64,000 bases of DNA from Azolla caroliniana. Its lineage: Eukaryota > Plantae > Polypodiophyta. Below the pieces are notes generated by a model that saw only the letters and a list, made by a program, of their open reading frames with translations, searched no databases and was not told where the DNA came from. The position numbers and the translations under genes were made by a program. Shown here one piece after another: positions 1 to 12,759 of this stretch. Within the stretch, counting starts at the first letter, position 1; each line of letters begins with the position of its first letter. The stretch is taken from NCBI GenBank assembly GCA_043228905.1, contig JBHGNT010000014.1, positions 14,074,001-14,138,000 of the forward strand. The letters run 5' to 3'.

Positions 1-579
1 GTCAAGAAGTGACGAAAACAAGGTTCAAAAACCATGTGTTTTCTACTAAAAAAAAATACCACCAATAAATAGATGGTGCGAGGTATGCACATATCCATCC
101 CAATATGGCGATTGTAATGCGCACAATTGCGACATAAGCCACAAGTTGATACAAATGGTGGTGGTGTTGTGCGCGAAGATGTAGTACTCAAATTTATGAA
201 TATTTAAACATCAATAGGGGAACTCATGTGTTTTTAATCAAGTTCTAAGGCTCAATTACATGAGTTAAACCTAGAGGACACTTTGGAAAAAATATTTAAA
301 AAGCAGTATGATGCCCCCTTAATACGAAAAAAATAGACTACACAAAATCATTACCCAATAGGGAAACACATGTAAATAGTGTAGATGAACATAAAATTAA
401 GGTTAAAAAAATAGTGGGGTGTGGGTGCGTAGATGAAAATCATAAGAAAATCTTAAGAAAGGGAGAAGATAACTTGTGTAATTAAAAAATAGGTAGAATA
501 ATAATCAATTAGGTGTATGAACATTAAGCATGCGATAAGGTAAGAAACCCTAGGGTAGTCGACATGCACCTCCTGAAGA

Positions 580-1010
580 CCACCACATCCCATAGAATCG
601 GTCAAGTAATTACTCAATAGAGACTAGAGTGGCATAGGTAGGCAAGATACACCTCATCAAGGCCACAACATCCCATAGAATCGGCCAAGTGATGGTTCAA
701 TAAAGGGACGAGTCGCATACACAACATCATATGCAAAAGGGCCATGAGGTGAGCATGTGCGATTAGGCAAGCACAACATCCCATAGAATCGGCCAAGTGA
801 TGGTTCAATAAAGGGAAGAGTCACATACACAACATCATATGCAAAAGGGCCATGAGGTGAGCATGTGCTCGACCCAATGCACAAGAATAATTATCATTGT
901 AAGAGATGGCTCAAGAGAGGGGAGAGTGGCAGATACATCACAATATTGAAAAGGGCCATGAGTTGAGCGTGTGTGATTAGTGCAAACACCAAGGCCCAAT
1001 GCACAATAAT
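580..1010. repeat. Degenerate ~108-bp tandem repeat (2 good copies plus partials)
   Basis: CACAACATCCCATAGAATCGGCCAAGTGATGGTTCAATAAAGGGA starts at 664 and 772; CATACACAACATCATATGCAAAAGGGCCATGAGGTGAGCATGTGC at ~716 and ~824; partial copies at ~582 and ~934. Confidence 0.8.
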
Positions 1011-1239
1011 AATTAAAATTGTAGCATGGTAGAAAGTAGAAAGAAAGAAAATAAAATGTAATACAAATTTGATTCGACCAAGAAGAACGCATCATAGAAA
1101 AGGAGAGAGAGATCGAGAAAGAAGAATACCTGGTTAAGAATGTTGTTTTGATCCTATGAAGAGCATGAAGAGGCTTATTAGGTCCCCATTTCTCACATGC
1201 AAAAAACATCAAAACAACAAAAAAAAATTGTTACTAAAT

Positions 1240-1251
1240 GCTTTGATACCA
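1240..1251 (-). promoter_or_regulatory. tRNA-iMet primer-binding site of the LTR at 1253-1727
   Basis: Minus strand reads TGGTATCAAAGC 1 nt after the LTR end (canonical TGGTATCAGAGC, 1 mismatch). Confidence 0.8.
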
Positions 1252-1252
1252 C

Positions 1253-1727
1253 TCTTAAGAATCTATTACTAATCAGTAGACCAAAGTAAAGTGAAATAAG
1301 GAAAATTGATTGGATAGAAGAACCCGTTCCACCCAACCACCTTTGAGCTATGATCTAGACATAGCCAACCTACCACCGACGTCCCATACCGTCAGATATT
1401 AGGATGACTAACACCTTGGAAGAGATAAACACGATCGTCGAGATGAAAGCCTAGCCTGCACCACCGGTGTCTCAAATAGCAGCCTTCTGACGTAATGTCC
1501 TTATGAGGGTAGCTAAGCCTCATATTTATACCTTTTCGTAGGCCCCTTGGATAGATGTGCCTTTCTAAAAGGCTCTCCATTCATTGGTTGCCCAAATCAT
1601 GATAGTGCATGCACCTATCATTCCTTTTATCCAATCACATTAGCCCCTTTTTTAACATTAGTTAACATACCCTTCACTAATGTAAATATTAGTGACCTAC
1701 CCTCACCAACGTTATGTGTACATAACA
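1253..1727 (-). mobile_element. 5' LTR of an element of the chromovirus F family; internal region runs leftwards
   Basis: Reverse complement aligns along its length with LTR 55769-56237; begins TGTTATGTACACATAACG; followed by a PBS. Confidence 0.85.
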
Positions 1728-1929
1728 CCATGGAATTATGGCTAGGTGGACTATGAGATCTGAAATCATAAATGCTCTATTGCTTAGGGAACCTGCTAAT
1801 CAAATGATGACAATGGAGAAGTGGATAGGATACAAGGAGGAGGGTTCTTTGACCCCAAGAGGTAGGGAAACACCGGATAAGAGAAAAGGCCATGAATTGT
1901 GAGACAATGAGAAACTAACATTGAATATG

Positions 1930-2890
1930 GCAATTCGAGTACTCACACATAAATCCCAATCTGATCAAAGTATAACCAGAATGGCACATATGTACTCATG
2001 AGAACACATAGCTATGTAAGGTCAGTTGGAACCTTTTGCAATGGACGTGGCGATCCTTATGCAGGTCAAGGAAGCAAATCCATCCCTTCCTTCCAATCCA
2101 CGATTAGGTTGGGTCGCCACATTCTAGCCGCTCAAACCACCCGAGATCTGGCTACTGAAAAGGTCTGGCACCCATATCATGTTCCTCACACAATTATCGC
2201 CAAGTGTTGATAGAAAATCTAGAAACAACATCACGGGAGGTGAATTACCATGTTCCAATGGCTATTAATACATAAGGCACTACCGGTTGGAGCATGGCAG
2301 GGTGGGAACCGTAGCTCTCCTAATTAGGTAGCATGCCCAAATGCAACAAAATCAATCTGACACACTCTATGGGATTTGGTCTCCTATTGCAATTATGCTA
2401 GGTGCAAGGCACAATCAAGTAGGGAAATGTATGTTGGTTATCATGGCATGCCCCAGTTGACAAGTACGAGCATCAGGAGGAGGGGATGACTTTGGTGATT
2501 AAAGCACAAGAGGTTTCCTTTTCCACCATCAACAATATCCACTTAACTCCTATTAATGTCAAATCTGAAGGTTTGTTTGAATTGGTCAGCCCAATAACTC
2601 TTTGGACTCTATGGAAACAATGGTGTAGACGAGTCTTCTCCAACCAAACCACAATGTTATCCAATAATGTTAATGCAAGAGATATGGAGAGAAGTTCTAG
2701 CCACTCTAAAGAGCCAATACGATGGCCTAAAGGGCGGCTCCAATGGAGTTGAAAGACCACAACTAACCTTCATCCAGCACTGGTCGTCCTCTCCTTTTCT
2801 TGAGTCAGTGGGCATCCACATAAGATGGAACTATCACATCCCTACATGGATTTGTATATAGCGCTCTCATCTGTAAAATTTTATAATTAA
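1930..2890 (+). pseudogene. Degenerate 3' fragment of an L1-type LINE ORF2 (zf-RVT region)
   Basis: Translation near 2258-2375 gives WLLIHKALPVGAW...ACPNA.KSI*HTLWD, then TLWTLWKQWCRRVF; many stops; ends approximate. Confidence 0.6.
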
Positions 2891-3314
2891 TGGAAGGAGC
2901 TTTTTTTGATAAACATTGAGGAATGTGTGATGTGGTATGTGTGTAGGAAACATTGAGCAAAGAGGTCAAGATTTTAGTTGAACGAAACATTAGGATGTGG
3001 AAATGTCAAAATGACCATTGAAATACCTTGAATATTATGAGCTAATCACGAGAACAACAATGTCAAGGTTTAATACCCACTAAGGTGATAGAAGGTGCAA
3101 AGGTGATTACACTGTACACGACAGGAAGATGCAACATGCTTGTTTTAAGTATATTTTGTTCAACTCAAGAACTTAGGCAAGGACCAGATCAAGTCCATGT
3201 CGAAAAGGAGAAAGCAATTGTGTATGCTAAAAAATGCAACACAACCTTAATCCAACAAGAGTGCTCCAAAATTATATAACATGAGCACGAGAGCTCATTG
3301 TTGGGTTCACAAAA

Positions 3315-3762
3315 TGTTACCGATTAGGAACACGGTCTACGGTCAGTCCTTCGACCTAGACCTCCAAGTGACTGTGTGACAACGAACGGTAGCGTCTGTG
3401 CGTAATACGTAGGGGAATGTTCCACCTAACCTAGCAGAGTATAAGGGAGACGGCTACAATCGAGCTCCTTAACAGTGGCTACACTCTCCCCGTTGCTTAC
3501 TTCTACACTCTCAGGTGTTACAGACACATAGTACATTAGCCGTAGCTATACACAGATATTAGAGAAGATAGAATTCTATTACGATGCACTTCTTTACATT
3601 CCAAAATTACACGCTACCTCTATCAGAGCTTTTCTGCCCTTTATATACTCAGGGTCTTTTAGCCATTCACGCTTCCCGCGTGAACCGTTACATGAGTTAC
3701 AATCTTATACTATTCCCTATTCCTGCGGTCTTGTCCGTCGGTTACTATTCCGGCGGACATCA
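3315..3762 (-). repeat. Element A 3' LTR
   Basis: Direct repeat of 12312-12759; minus-strand TATA (GAGTATATAAAGGG) near 3637-3650. Confidence 0.95.
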
Positions 3763-3764
3763 CC

Positions 3765-3781
3765 TGGCACGCCTGTGGGAC
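3765..3781 (+). promoter_or_regulatory. Antisense tRNA-Arg(UCU)-complementary site at the PPT position of element A
   Basis: TGGCACGCCTGTGGGAC, 2 nt from the LTR; matches the complement of the plant tRNA-Arg(UCU) 3' end as recalled (TGGCACGCCYGGTGGGAC) with a 1-nt gap; no purine tract on the sense strand. Confidence 0.75.
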
Positions 3782-3809
3782 CGTGCCATGGCACGTCGGA
3801 CCCATCCCG

Positions 3810-6597
3810 TTAATCTTCTTCAAAAATGGCCCGGATGTTTGGCTCTGCTACGGTGTTTGCGTCCGGGGACAGCGTAGGGCCCGTAGGTGCATCGTGGTGT
3901 GGTTCCCCTGTTTGGTCGGGAGGGCTTCTCCTGGTGTCGCGATCGTCTTGTGTGGGCGGTCCGGGTTCTATGGGCTCTTCTTGGGCTAGGGGGTTGGGCT
4001 CAGCCGTCGGCGGGCTTGTGCTCGGTTGCGGCTCCGTCTCATCCGTCACTTCCTCCGTGGTGTCGGCTGTCGTTGTACGCTCTGGGGAGTGGGGTTGCGG
4101 TTCCGCTTAGTCCGCAACATTCTCCGTGTGGTCGGCCGATAGCGTATGCTCCGGTAGATAGGGTTCCTCTTGGGCAACGATTTTGTTGTCTGGTAATGTG
4201 GGGGACTCCGCTCGTCGTTCCGTGCTATTCACCGTTGTAATTTTTGGTGACCTAGCCTGAGGTTCCTCTTCTTCGGCAGTGTCCGGAATTGGTGTCGCGA
4301 TAGATTCCTCATTTGTTCACGTGCTGCCGGCTTGTGTGATCTGGTGAAACAGCTCCTCCTAGCTTTCACCAAAATCATCTAATAATTGCGCGAGTTCTTC
4401 GGAATGTTGGTCCGCTAGCGCGCGATAGTCCCGCGCTAGGTCCTCCCGTACTACCACAATGCTCTCCTCATTGAGTTTATAGAACCCTCGGCCGTCTTTT
4501 CGCCGGTTCTCCCAGTCTGCACAATACGCATGCAATTCTGCCGCTTGGGCTGCCCACGCCATCCATCCTTTGTCTAGCGCCGTTTTCAATTGCGTTGTGA
4601 ACCTCTCCTGATTCGTTTGTAGAAGGATACAGACGTTGTCTGTGTTGGCTTGGCAACGGTTGCATGCTTCTTCCACCGACTTCTGGAGGTTTGCAATTTC
4701 TTGCTAGCTAACCGCCGTCGCTTCTTCGTACGTGCTCTTCAGGCCCGCGCACAACTGAGATTCCTTTGCATGGAGTTCTTCTAATTTCCCCATTTCATTG
4801 TTTAGGTGGATTTCGAGCTGATGCCTTCTTTCCTGTTCGCCCACCAGCTGCTCGTCGAACCATACCTTCTTTTTCTCCAATAAGGTTTGGAGTCCCACAA
4901 TTGCCACCTCTAATTTCTTCGCTTCTTCCCGTAATTGACCCGGATGTCCTTTTCCTTGTCTGAGGATTGGCGGTCAATTTCTGATTCCGCTAGTTGTACG
5001 ACCCTTTTTGCTTTTGAGGCAATGGCGGTCTGAGCCTCAATCTCTTCCTTCAAGGCTTCGATGGCATGGTTTGGTAGGGGAGTTGCCTATTGCGCCGTAG
5101 TGCGTTAGTTTCCAACTCCGCGATGCGTTTGTTGGCTTTTTGCAGCTCAGCTTGGGTCAGTTTCACCTTCTTCCAGACATTCTTTTTTTTAATGGCTATC
5201 TCCTTGGCGCCCTTGCTGACCTTTGCCAGTTCCCTATGGACTTTGACTAGGGCCGTATTTAATGGGGGTAACTTCATCCCCACTCGGCGTATACCGGCGT
5301 TCCTGTCTACCGACTCTGGCTAACCGGTCCTCATCGTCGCTCTCCACCGTTTGTGTTAAGGCGCGCTCGATCATCTGGCGCTCCACATGCTCCTCGGCCA
5401 TTCGTTGTGAGGCCTTTATCTGTTGTGTTGCCAAGAATTCCATGAGCTCAAAAGAGGTTCCAAACTACAAGAGGGCACTAAACTCATGGTTCGTGTCCAC
5501 GATATCCGGATATGCCAAAACCTCGCTTTCCGCAAACAATACGGCTTTCCCTCGTTGTGACTAGGCCGTAATGATCGGTCGTGGCTCCCGGATGATTTCG
5601 AAGGTGGTGTTGGGCTCTGTAGTTGTAGAGCCATTGCCTTCGGTCATTGTCTCTGTCGTCGTGGGTACGTCTTTAACTAATCCCCGCCCATCTTTCCTGT
5701 CTAGCCTTCGCCGTTTCGGTCTGGGCTATCCTACCGTGGTTCGGTGCCTGGCTCTGGTAACGCTTCACCTGGCGTTGTCCGTGTGTCCAGCTGGGCGGGT
5801 TGGGGTTCATCCTCGCACTCTGTGGCAACTAACTCCGCTAACCTGTGCTTCGCGGATCGGGGCGGAGGCGTGGGTCTGCTGGACTGCGGTGCTGGCAGGC
5901 CTCGAGGTGGGAATAGCACCGTCAGGTACTGTTATATGATCGGCTTGAGCTTCTTGCCTCCTTGATACACATGCAAGCCTTCCCTTAACGCCAGCCCCGT
6001 GATGACTCCCCAATCGACCGCACGCCCTTCAAAGGTATCAATAATGATACTTGCCTTCTACTTGGGCATCCCATATGCGTTTATGTGTACGCATCCGACC
6101 TCTAATAGGAACTTGGCGACTTCACAGAAAAAGGGATCCGGGATTTGCTTCGTTCTATAGGCCTTGGCGGAGGAGGAATATGGGCTGAAATATCTCTACA
6201 GCGACTCTGCAGGAGGGATTTCGAAATGCCTCTCACCGAGTGATGACAGGTCCAACATTTTTCGGATGGAAGAGTTGGTGACCGTGTCGATATTGAGCTT
6301 TCTGGCGATGTCCAATGCATCCGGGTGTGGAGGTGCCTCTACGACCCTGATGTACCCATCCATACGTTTCTCCACGAGCCATCGACGTAAGGCGGTAGAG
6401 ATAAAGTTCGGCATAGCCAGAGTAGGCTCATGGGGAGGAGATTGGTGGTTGCGGTGAGCTCTGTGATAGGATGGAGGAGAAGGTGAGGGAGGGGAGCGAT
6501 GAGAGCGCTGAGAGTTAGGAGGTGGGTTTCTATTCTGTGCAGAAGATCTTCTATCTCCTTCGTTTTGTGGCCTAGGGTTCATTGGGCGGTGAGCCAT
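3810..6597 (-). pseudogene. Element A extra ORF downstream of pol (coiled coil plus acidic tail), disrupted
   Basis: Fragments 6196-6639, 5050-5443, 4704-4907, 4359-4676 and 3810-4049 are homologous to the element C extra ORF (APPH motif, FYK.NEESIV..RE.L, terminal IFEED*). Confidence 0.8.
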
Positions 6598-6757
6598 CGT
6601 GGTGCCGCATGTTCTTGATGTAGAAGTCTGTGCATGCATTCAGTCCTCTTTTTTAATAGCGTCGCTATCTTCTCCTTTTTTTTTTCTTTTTTTCTTTTTT
6701 TGTTTTGTTTCGTAACGGTTACATACAGCCTTACGCCGCGGGTTCTCCGGCTTTGTC

Positions 6758-9700
6758 CTATCCGACGGTGAATGGGTTAGGTCGCATAGGGCCCAGGTAA
6801 GGTTTAAGGCGAAACCCATTCACCTTTTGTCGTAAGACTTCCCCGCCCAGCGTGCCTAGTTGGAACGTGCCTTGTTCCACTCCTATTATCCAGTACGGGC
6901 CTGTCCACTGGAATCGTAACTTCCCTGACATTTGGCCCATGCGGGTTTGGAAAACCAGTACCGCTCGACCGACCACGAAATCCTTTTCCCATGCATTCCG
7001 ATGTCGATCCACAAACGCTTTACACCGTCATCGTTCCTGCTCCAACACAGGCATCTTGTGTACACGTTTTTCGCCGAGTTCGAGTAGCTAGTGGAGCCGT
7101 ACCTCCTTTGACCTAGCTTCCGATAGTCGGTCTCGTACCTGAATTTGTAAACTGGGTATCTGAAACTCTACCAGCATTATGGCCTCCAGCCCAAACGCTA
7201 GTCGAAACGGTGTTCACAATATGCTTGTTTTGTAGTTGGTTCTGTACGCCCATAACGCACTTTGTAATTTGGTATCCCAGTCCGTTCTATTTTCATTGAT
7301 GATCTTCTTTAAGATGGTATGCAACGTCTTGTTGGTGGATTCCGCTAACCCATTCGCATGTGGATAATATGGCGGACTCTTCTTGTGGACTACGGCGTAA
7401 TGATGTGTTAGTTCTCGAACAACTGTATTGAGAAAGTGGCTCCCCTGGTCGCTGATAAGCTCAATCGGACAGCCGAACGGACACCATATGTGCTCGTAAA
7501 GGAATCTCGATGTGACGGCCGCCGTATTTTCTCGTAGTGCCTTTGCTTCTACCCAGTTGGTGCAATAACCCGTGGCTACCAATATGTATTTATTGCCCGT
7601 ACGGGCCGCCGCCGGTGTGAAGGGGCCCACAAAATCCAATCCCCACTTTTGGAAGGGGTCTAACGGTAATACGAGCTGGTAGGGCATCCTTGCGTCCTCC
7701 GTGGGCTGGCCCATCCGATGACACAAATCACACTTTCTACAATACTCATATGCGTCCTTCTGTGTAGTTGGCCACCATAGGCCCGCCTGCCATATTTTCC
7801 GGGCTGTAACATCACCTGCGTAATGGCCGCCTGCCATGCCGCAGTGAGCCTCGCGTAAGAGTGCTTCTTTCTCATCCTGACGTACCCCGCATCGCCAAAT
7901 GCCATCACTTCCTTTGGGATATAAAATTCCTTCTACCAGGTAGAAGTTAAGGCTTCGGACGGCTAATCGTTTCTTCTCGTCCGTGCGTAATTGTGGTGGA
8001 GGCAGTCCCGTAGTCAAAAAGTATGTCATTTCCATAAGCCAACAGTCCTGAAAGGTCAATTCTGTTCTTTCTGCTAGTGCTGCTACCCGTAGAATGTCGG
8101 CGTCTAGAAAGTCGTCGTCCTTCTGTACTGTTTCTCCATTATCGAGTCTGCTCAAAAAATCTACCACTGCGTGTTGCGTCCCGGGCGGTGCTGAATTACA
8201 AAATTGAATTCTTGAAGCAGCAACATCCATCGTGCCAATTTCCCCGTTAGTGCTTGTTTCTCCACCAAATACAGTAGTGTCGAATGATCCACGTGGAACG
8301 TGAATTTCCTTCCCAACAAATAATGTCGGAATTTATTGATGTTATAGATCACCCCTAGCGCCTCCCGCTCCGTTGTGGAATATTGAATTCTTGAAGCAGC
8401 AACATCCATCGTGCCAATTTCCCCGTTAGTGCTTGTTTCTCCACCAAATACAGCAGTGTCGAATGATCCACGTGGAACGTGAATTTCCTTCCCAACAAAT
8501 AATGTCGGAATTTATTGATGTTATAGATCATCCCTAGCGCCTCCCGCTCCGTTGTGGAATAGTTACGCTCTGTTGTTGATAATTTGCGACTAGCGTAGTA
8601 CACTGGCTGGTACCAATTTGGTTCGGTGAGCTGCATTAGCGCACTCCCTATTGCTATGTTCGAGGCGTCTACGAACACATGGAATGGCTTCACCCAAACT
8701 GGTGGTTGTACGACGGGTGCCTGTGTGAGCATTATCTTAAGCACCTCATAGGCCTTGTCCTTTGTTGAGGTCCATTGGAAGGGAGTCCGATGCACGGCAG
8801 CATGCAACGGCGTGGCGAAGTCCGCCAAGTATCATATCATCCAACTATGCCATCGTGTTTGTCCTAAAAACCGGCTGAGTGATTTCACGTTTGTCGGAGT
8901 TTTTGCCTTGCGTAATCGCGGAGATCTTGTTCGGATCGACCGCTATTCCATCCTTGCTAACTATATGACCTAGGAGAGTTTCGTTGGTCATGCCGAAGGC
9001 ACATTTCGCGGGATTCGGGTTTTAAGCATGCGGTGCGGCAACGTTCCAGGCACAATTGCAGATGCGTAAAATGGTCGATTGTTTTCCCATATACCGCAAA
9101 GTCGTCTACAAAAACTTGCATGAACGCCGAAATATATTCCCCAAAGATCTCCGTAATTGTTCGGTGAAATGTTGTCGGCGCCGTCTTTAGCCCGAACATC
9201 ATGACGACTGCCACATAGACTCCCCAATCCGTGACAAATGTCGTCTTCTCTTGGTCATCGGGATGCATGCGTACCTGGTTATACCCACTGAAGCTATCTA
9301 AAAAACTGTACATGTGATGTCCTGCGACAGCATCCAGTATGCTATCGATGAGAGGTAAAGGGAATGCGTCCGTAATGGTTACGGCTTTTAATTTTCGGTA
9401 ATCCACGCATACACGTATTTTGCAGTTTTTCTTTGGAACGACTACTATCGGACTTAACCATGTGGCTTGTTTAACTGGCCGTATGAATCCTGCCTTTAGG
9501 AGTTTGTCAATTTCTTCTTTTACACGGGTCGCGTAGTTCGGGTTCATGCGGTAGCGGCGTTGCTGGACGGGTTTTGCGTCGGTTGCTAAATTGATCTTAT
9601 GTCGATAGAACTTCGGATCTAACCCCTTCATGTCCTCGTGAGCCCCGGAAAACACATCTTTATATTTCTTGAGTAGTTCGATCATCGCGTCTCTCTGGTC

Positions 9701-12260
9701 TGGCCTTAATTCCTTTGCGATGGAGACAAAACGGGTTTTTCTGACGTCGTACCCACGTTTACTTCTTCCAGGGTGGAGGCGGTGACTCGCCGTGAAATTT
9801 CCATTTCCCTCTCGAATGCTACCCGTGCTTTGCTTAGTTCCAATATTGACTCCGGGTTTGGTTCGTAAGCCTCGTCGTGGAGAATAGTGGCCATGGCATA
9901 TTCTGTCGCAGTTGCGATGACGTCGATTTCGAACAACGGAATAATCCGAGGGTGCTCGTCTAGGTATGCCTCTAATTCTGCATCCTCCACCCCAGCCAAC
10001 ATATTTATATCTTCCGCGTACAATGGTGTTATACCCTTGAATTGTGTCGCGCTTCCCTCCGTAGGTACGTGAACCTTGGTGCGTCCATGTCGGAAATTGA
10101 TACACTTGTGTGGCCAGCTCTGCTTGATATTTGCTGCTTGAAGCCACGGTCTGCCCAGCAGCATAGGGTATGCCCCTGGGGCATCCAGGGCGAGGACTAC
10201 CGCCGATATGTCGAAGCGATGTCCTCCCATGATAATGCCTATCTTGCCTATCAACCCCAATGGTCGTACTGAGCGGGTATCTGCCATACGGAGCCAGAAT
10301 GAGCAAGCCTCCCAATCTGAAATGCCTAACTACTCGCATGTTTTCGCGCTAATTACATTAACGCCTAAGCCGCCATCGATTACGCATCTTGGGATTTCCT
10401 GTTCGTGTAATATCAATGTAATAGCCAGGTTGTGGTGATTGACTACAGACGGTCCATCGCTAACGTTCGTAAGGTTCGTAGCGACGCTCACCACAGGTAT
10501 GCCCGTCACTTCTTCCATGGTCTAGCGGAAGCGTAGGACTAGTTGCAGCAGCTTCTCCATGGTTAACGTTATCTCGCAGCCCGCCAACGCTTACCAAATG
10601 GGGTCCGGGGCCGGTCCTTCGTCCTCCACTCGCTCCATTGTATTCGCGGACTCCTTCCGCATGCGCTCTATATTTGTCGCGTTTGCTTTTTCAACCCATG
10701 CGTGGGCTTGTCGTCGTATCTCATCTTGAGCGGCCCAATCAACTGTTTTTGTTTGTTGGCGTGTTGTGACTTACTGCACTTCCGTTGTAATCGTATTGAC
10801 GGCGGGCCCCTTGCCCTTGCGTATTGGGCATTGCGTGGCATAATGTCTAGGCTGCTAACAAACAAAACAATGGATGCTCGATTTGCCCTTCTCGGCTCCT
10901 GGTGGTGTGTGTCGATCCCCTGGTGCGACTTGCTCCTCACGGTCCGGCCTCGTTTGTCAAAGCATACGCGGTGGTTGTTGCTGGTCCCGGCGTGGTTCAT
11001 CATATTGTCCGAGCTTTCGTCATATTGCTGTTGGTTCCGATATTGCCGCTGCTTCCCACGATAACCATTGAAGCCGCCACGTTTGTTTGTCGGCCGATGA
11101 TTCTCATAGCGTCGGCCCCCTTTAGCATAACTCGGGGGGCCCCGGTAGTCCTCATCCTCTGGCTCGTCTTCCTCAGAATCGTTGTGATTCCGGCGATTCC
11201 GGTAGTGTCGTTCATCACGTGGGTTGCAATCCCCATACCGTGGTCGGTCTTCTTGCCTCCTTTGTTCAGTACATCGTGGGGGACGTTGTGTGTCCATGTT
11301 GCGTACTATGGGAGCGGCTCTGTTCAGCATATTGTATTCGCACTATTCGACTGTGTGAGCCTTCGAGTGGTAGATTGGGCAGTGGATTCGCATGTTGCAT
11401 TCATACTTCGGAATGCCCCGAGTTCAAGCAAATTGTGCACTGGATTGCTTGACAAAACTGTCATTCCTCGTCCTGAGGTAACGCTTGTCGTAATGAGGAC
11501 ATAGAAAACCTTTCCTCTTCGTCGTCCAGCTTGAGCTGTAACGCTCATTCAATGACCATATTCATCGTTTCCCCTTTCACGCTATTGTTGTTGAGCGTTG
11601 TCGGTATAGGTCGGTGTAATGCTGCCAGAAATGTCTCCCGAGCCTCGTCCTCCACGGGGCTCCGTTCTAGTTTCCGCCGTAAATTTTGGAAATGTAAGCT
11701 GAAGTCTGCGATCGTCTCGGTCGGTAGCTACTTAATCGTGTAGAATTGTCCGAGAATTTCACGTTGTGGAAGCCTCCGATGGAAGAACCGCAAAAAGGCA
11801 GACTGGAGCTGGTTGAAGGTCGTGATTGCTGGCAAATCCATCTCTGAATGCCAAAATGCCGCTCTCCCATCCAATGTTAACCCGAACTCCGTCATTTTGG
11901 ACTAGTGCGCTACCGCCTCATAAGGCTCTGCACCATCTAGTTTGCATTCCAGATATTAAGGAACATGCGAATATGAGTTGCGGCGTCAGTTTCACCGTTA
12001 AAGTGGGGATAGGCAAAGGCCATGCTAGGGGCTACGGCAGGTCGGGAAAGACCACAGTGTTGCTGTGGTGAGCGTGCTCCCCGTGTATCGTCGAGGTATT
12101 TGGAGAGCGGAAAATCACCTTTGTGATCACGACAGGTAGTGTTGAGGTCGCTAAGGCGAGGCTTCCGCCATGCGCGGTCCTCTGCCAATCGCGTGATGGA
12201 CCTTGTGATTGGCCGGTCTGGTCGTGTTGGTTCTCTGGGGCGTCTGCGGCTAAACATCCA
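6758..12260 (-). pseudogene. Element A gag-pol (Gag with CCHC knuckles, protease, RT, RNase H, integrase), multiply disrupted
   Basis: VIDGGLGVNVIS (PR); KIRVCVDYRKL and VFVDDFAVY (RT); FHVFVDAS (RH); H..H..C..C, KWGLDFVGP and ANGLAESTNK (INT). Confidence 0.93.
8203..8560. repeat. 179-bp tandem duplication inside the element A RNase H region
   Basis: 8203-8381 repeats at 8382-8560 with 2 mismatches; frameshifts pol. Confidence 0.9.
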
Positions 12261-12293
12261 TTCATTGTTGTTCGTCCGTGAGAAGACACAGAT

Positions 12294-12307
12294 CACCAAG
12301 CGTGCCA
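12294..12307 (-). promoter_or_regulatory. Element A canonical PBS, tRNA-Arg(UCU) type
   Basis: Minus strand reads TGGCACGCTTGGTG 4 nt after the 5' LTR. Confidence 0.75.
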
Positions 12308-12311
12308 AAAG

Positions 12312-12759
12312 TGTTACTGATTAGGAACACGGTCTACGGTCAGTCCTTCGACCTAGACCTCCAAGTGACTGTGTGTCAACGAACGGTAGCGTCTGTGCGT
12401 AATACATAAGGGAATGTTCCCCGTAACCTAGCCGCATATAAGGGAGACGTCTACAACCGAGCTCCTTAACAATGGCTACACTCTCACCGTTGCTTACTTC
12501 TACACTCTCAAGTGTTACAGACACATAGTAGATTAGTCGGAGCTATACACAGATATCAGAGAAGATAGAATTCTATTACGATACACATCTTTACATTCCA
12601 AAATTACACACTACCTCTATTAGAGGTTTTCTGCCCTTTATATACTCAGGGTCTTTTAGTTGTTCACGCTTCCTGCGTGAACCGTTACATGCGTTACAAT
12701 CTTATACTATTCCCTATTCCTACGCTGTTGGCCGTCAGTTACTATTTCGGTGGACAACA
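12312..12759 (-). repeat. Element A 5' LTR
   Basis: Direct repeat of 3315-3762; flanked by TSD CAAAA. Confidence 0.95.

Larger units (their letters stand above)
3315..12759 (-). mobile_element. Element A: full-length but degenerate non-chromoviral Ty3/Gypsy LTR retrotransposon (Athila-like domain order, extra 3' ORF)
   Basis: 448-bp LTRs TG...CA at 3315-3762 and 12312-12759 (~36 mismatches by eye, ~8%); 5-bp TSD CAAAA at 3310-3314 and 12760-12764; gag-PR-RT-RH-INT remnants on the minus strand. Confidence 0.95.

Noticed and set aside
580-1010. CRISPR-like repeat-spacer array
   Set aside because: Whole ~108-bp units repeat without unique spacers; eukaryotic context and no cas genes.
2900-3309. 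Old gag remnant continuing at 12765
   Set aside because: Only a weak QELRQG resemblance; too decayed to call.
3765-3781. tRNA gene, or reversed element polarity, as an explanation for the antisense PBS
   Set aside because: Only ~17 nt match, with no cloverleaf; the LTR TATA boxes, all long ORFs and a canonical PBS point to the minus strand as sense.
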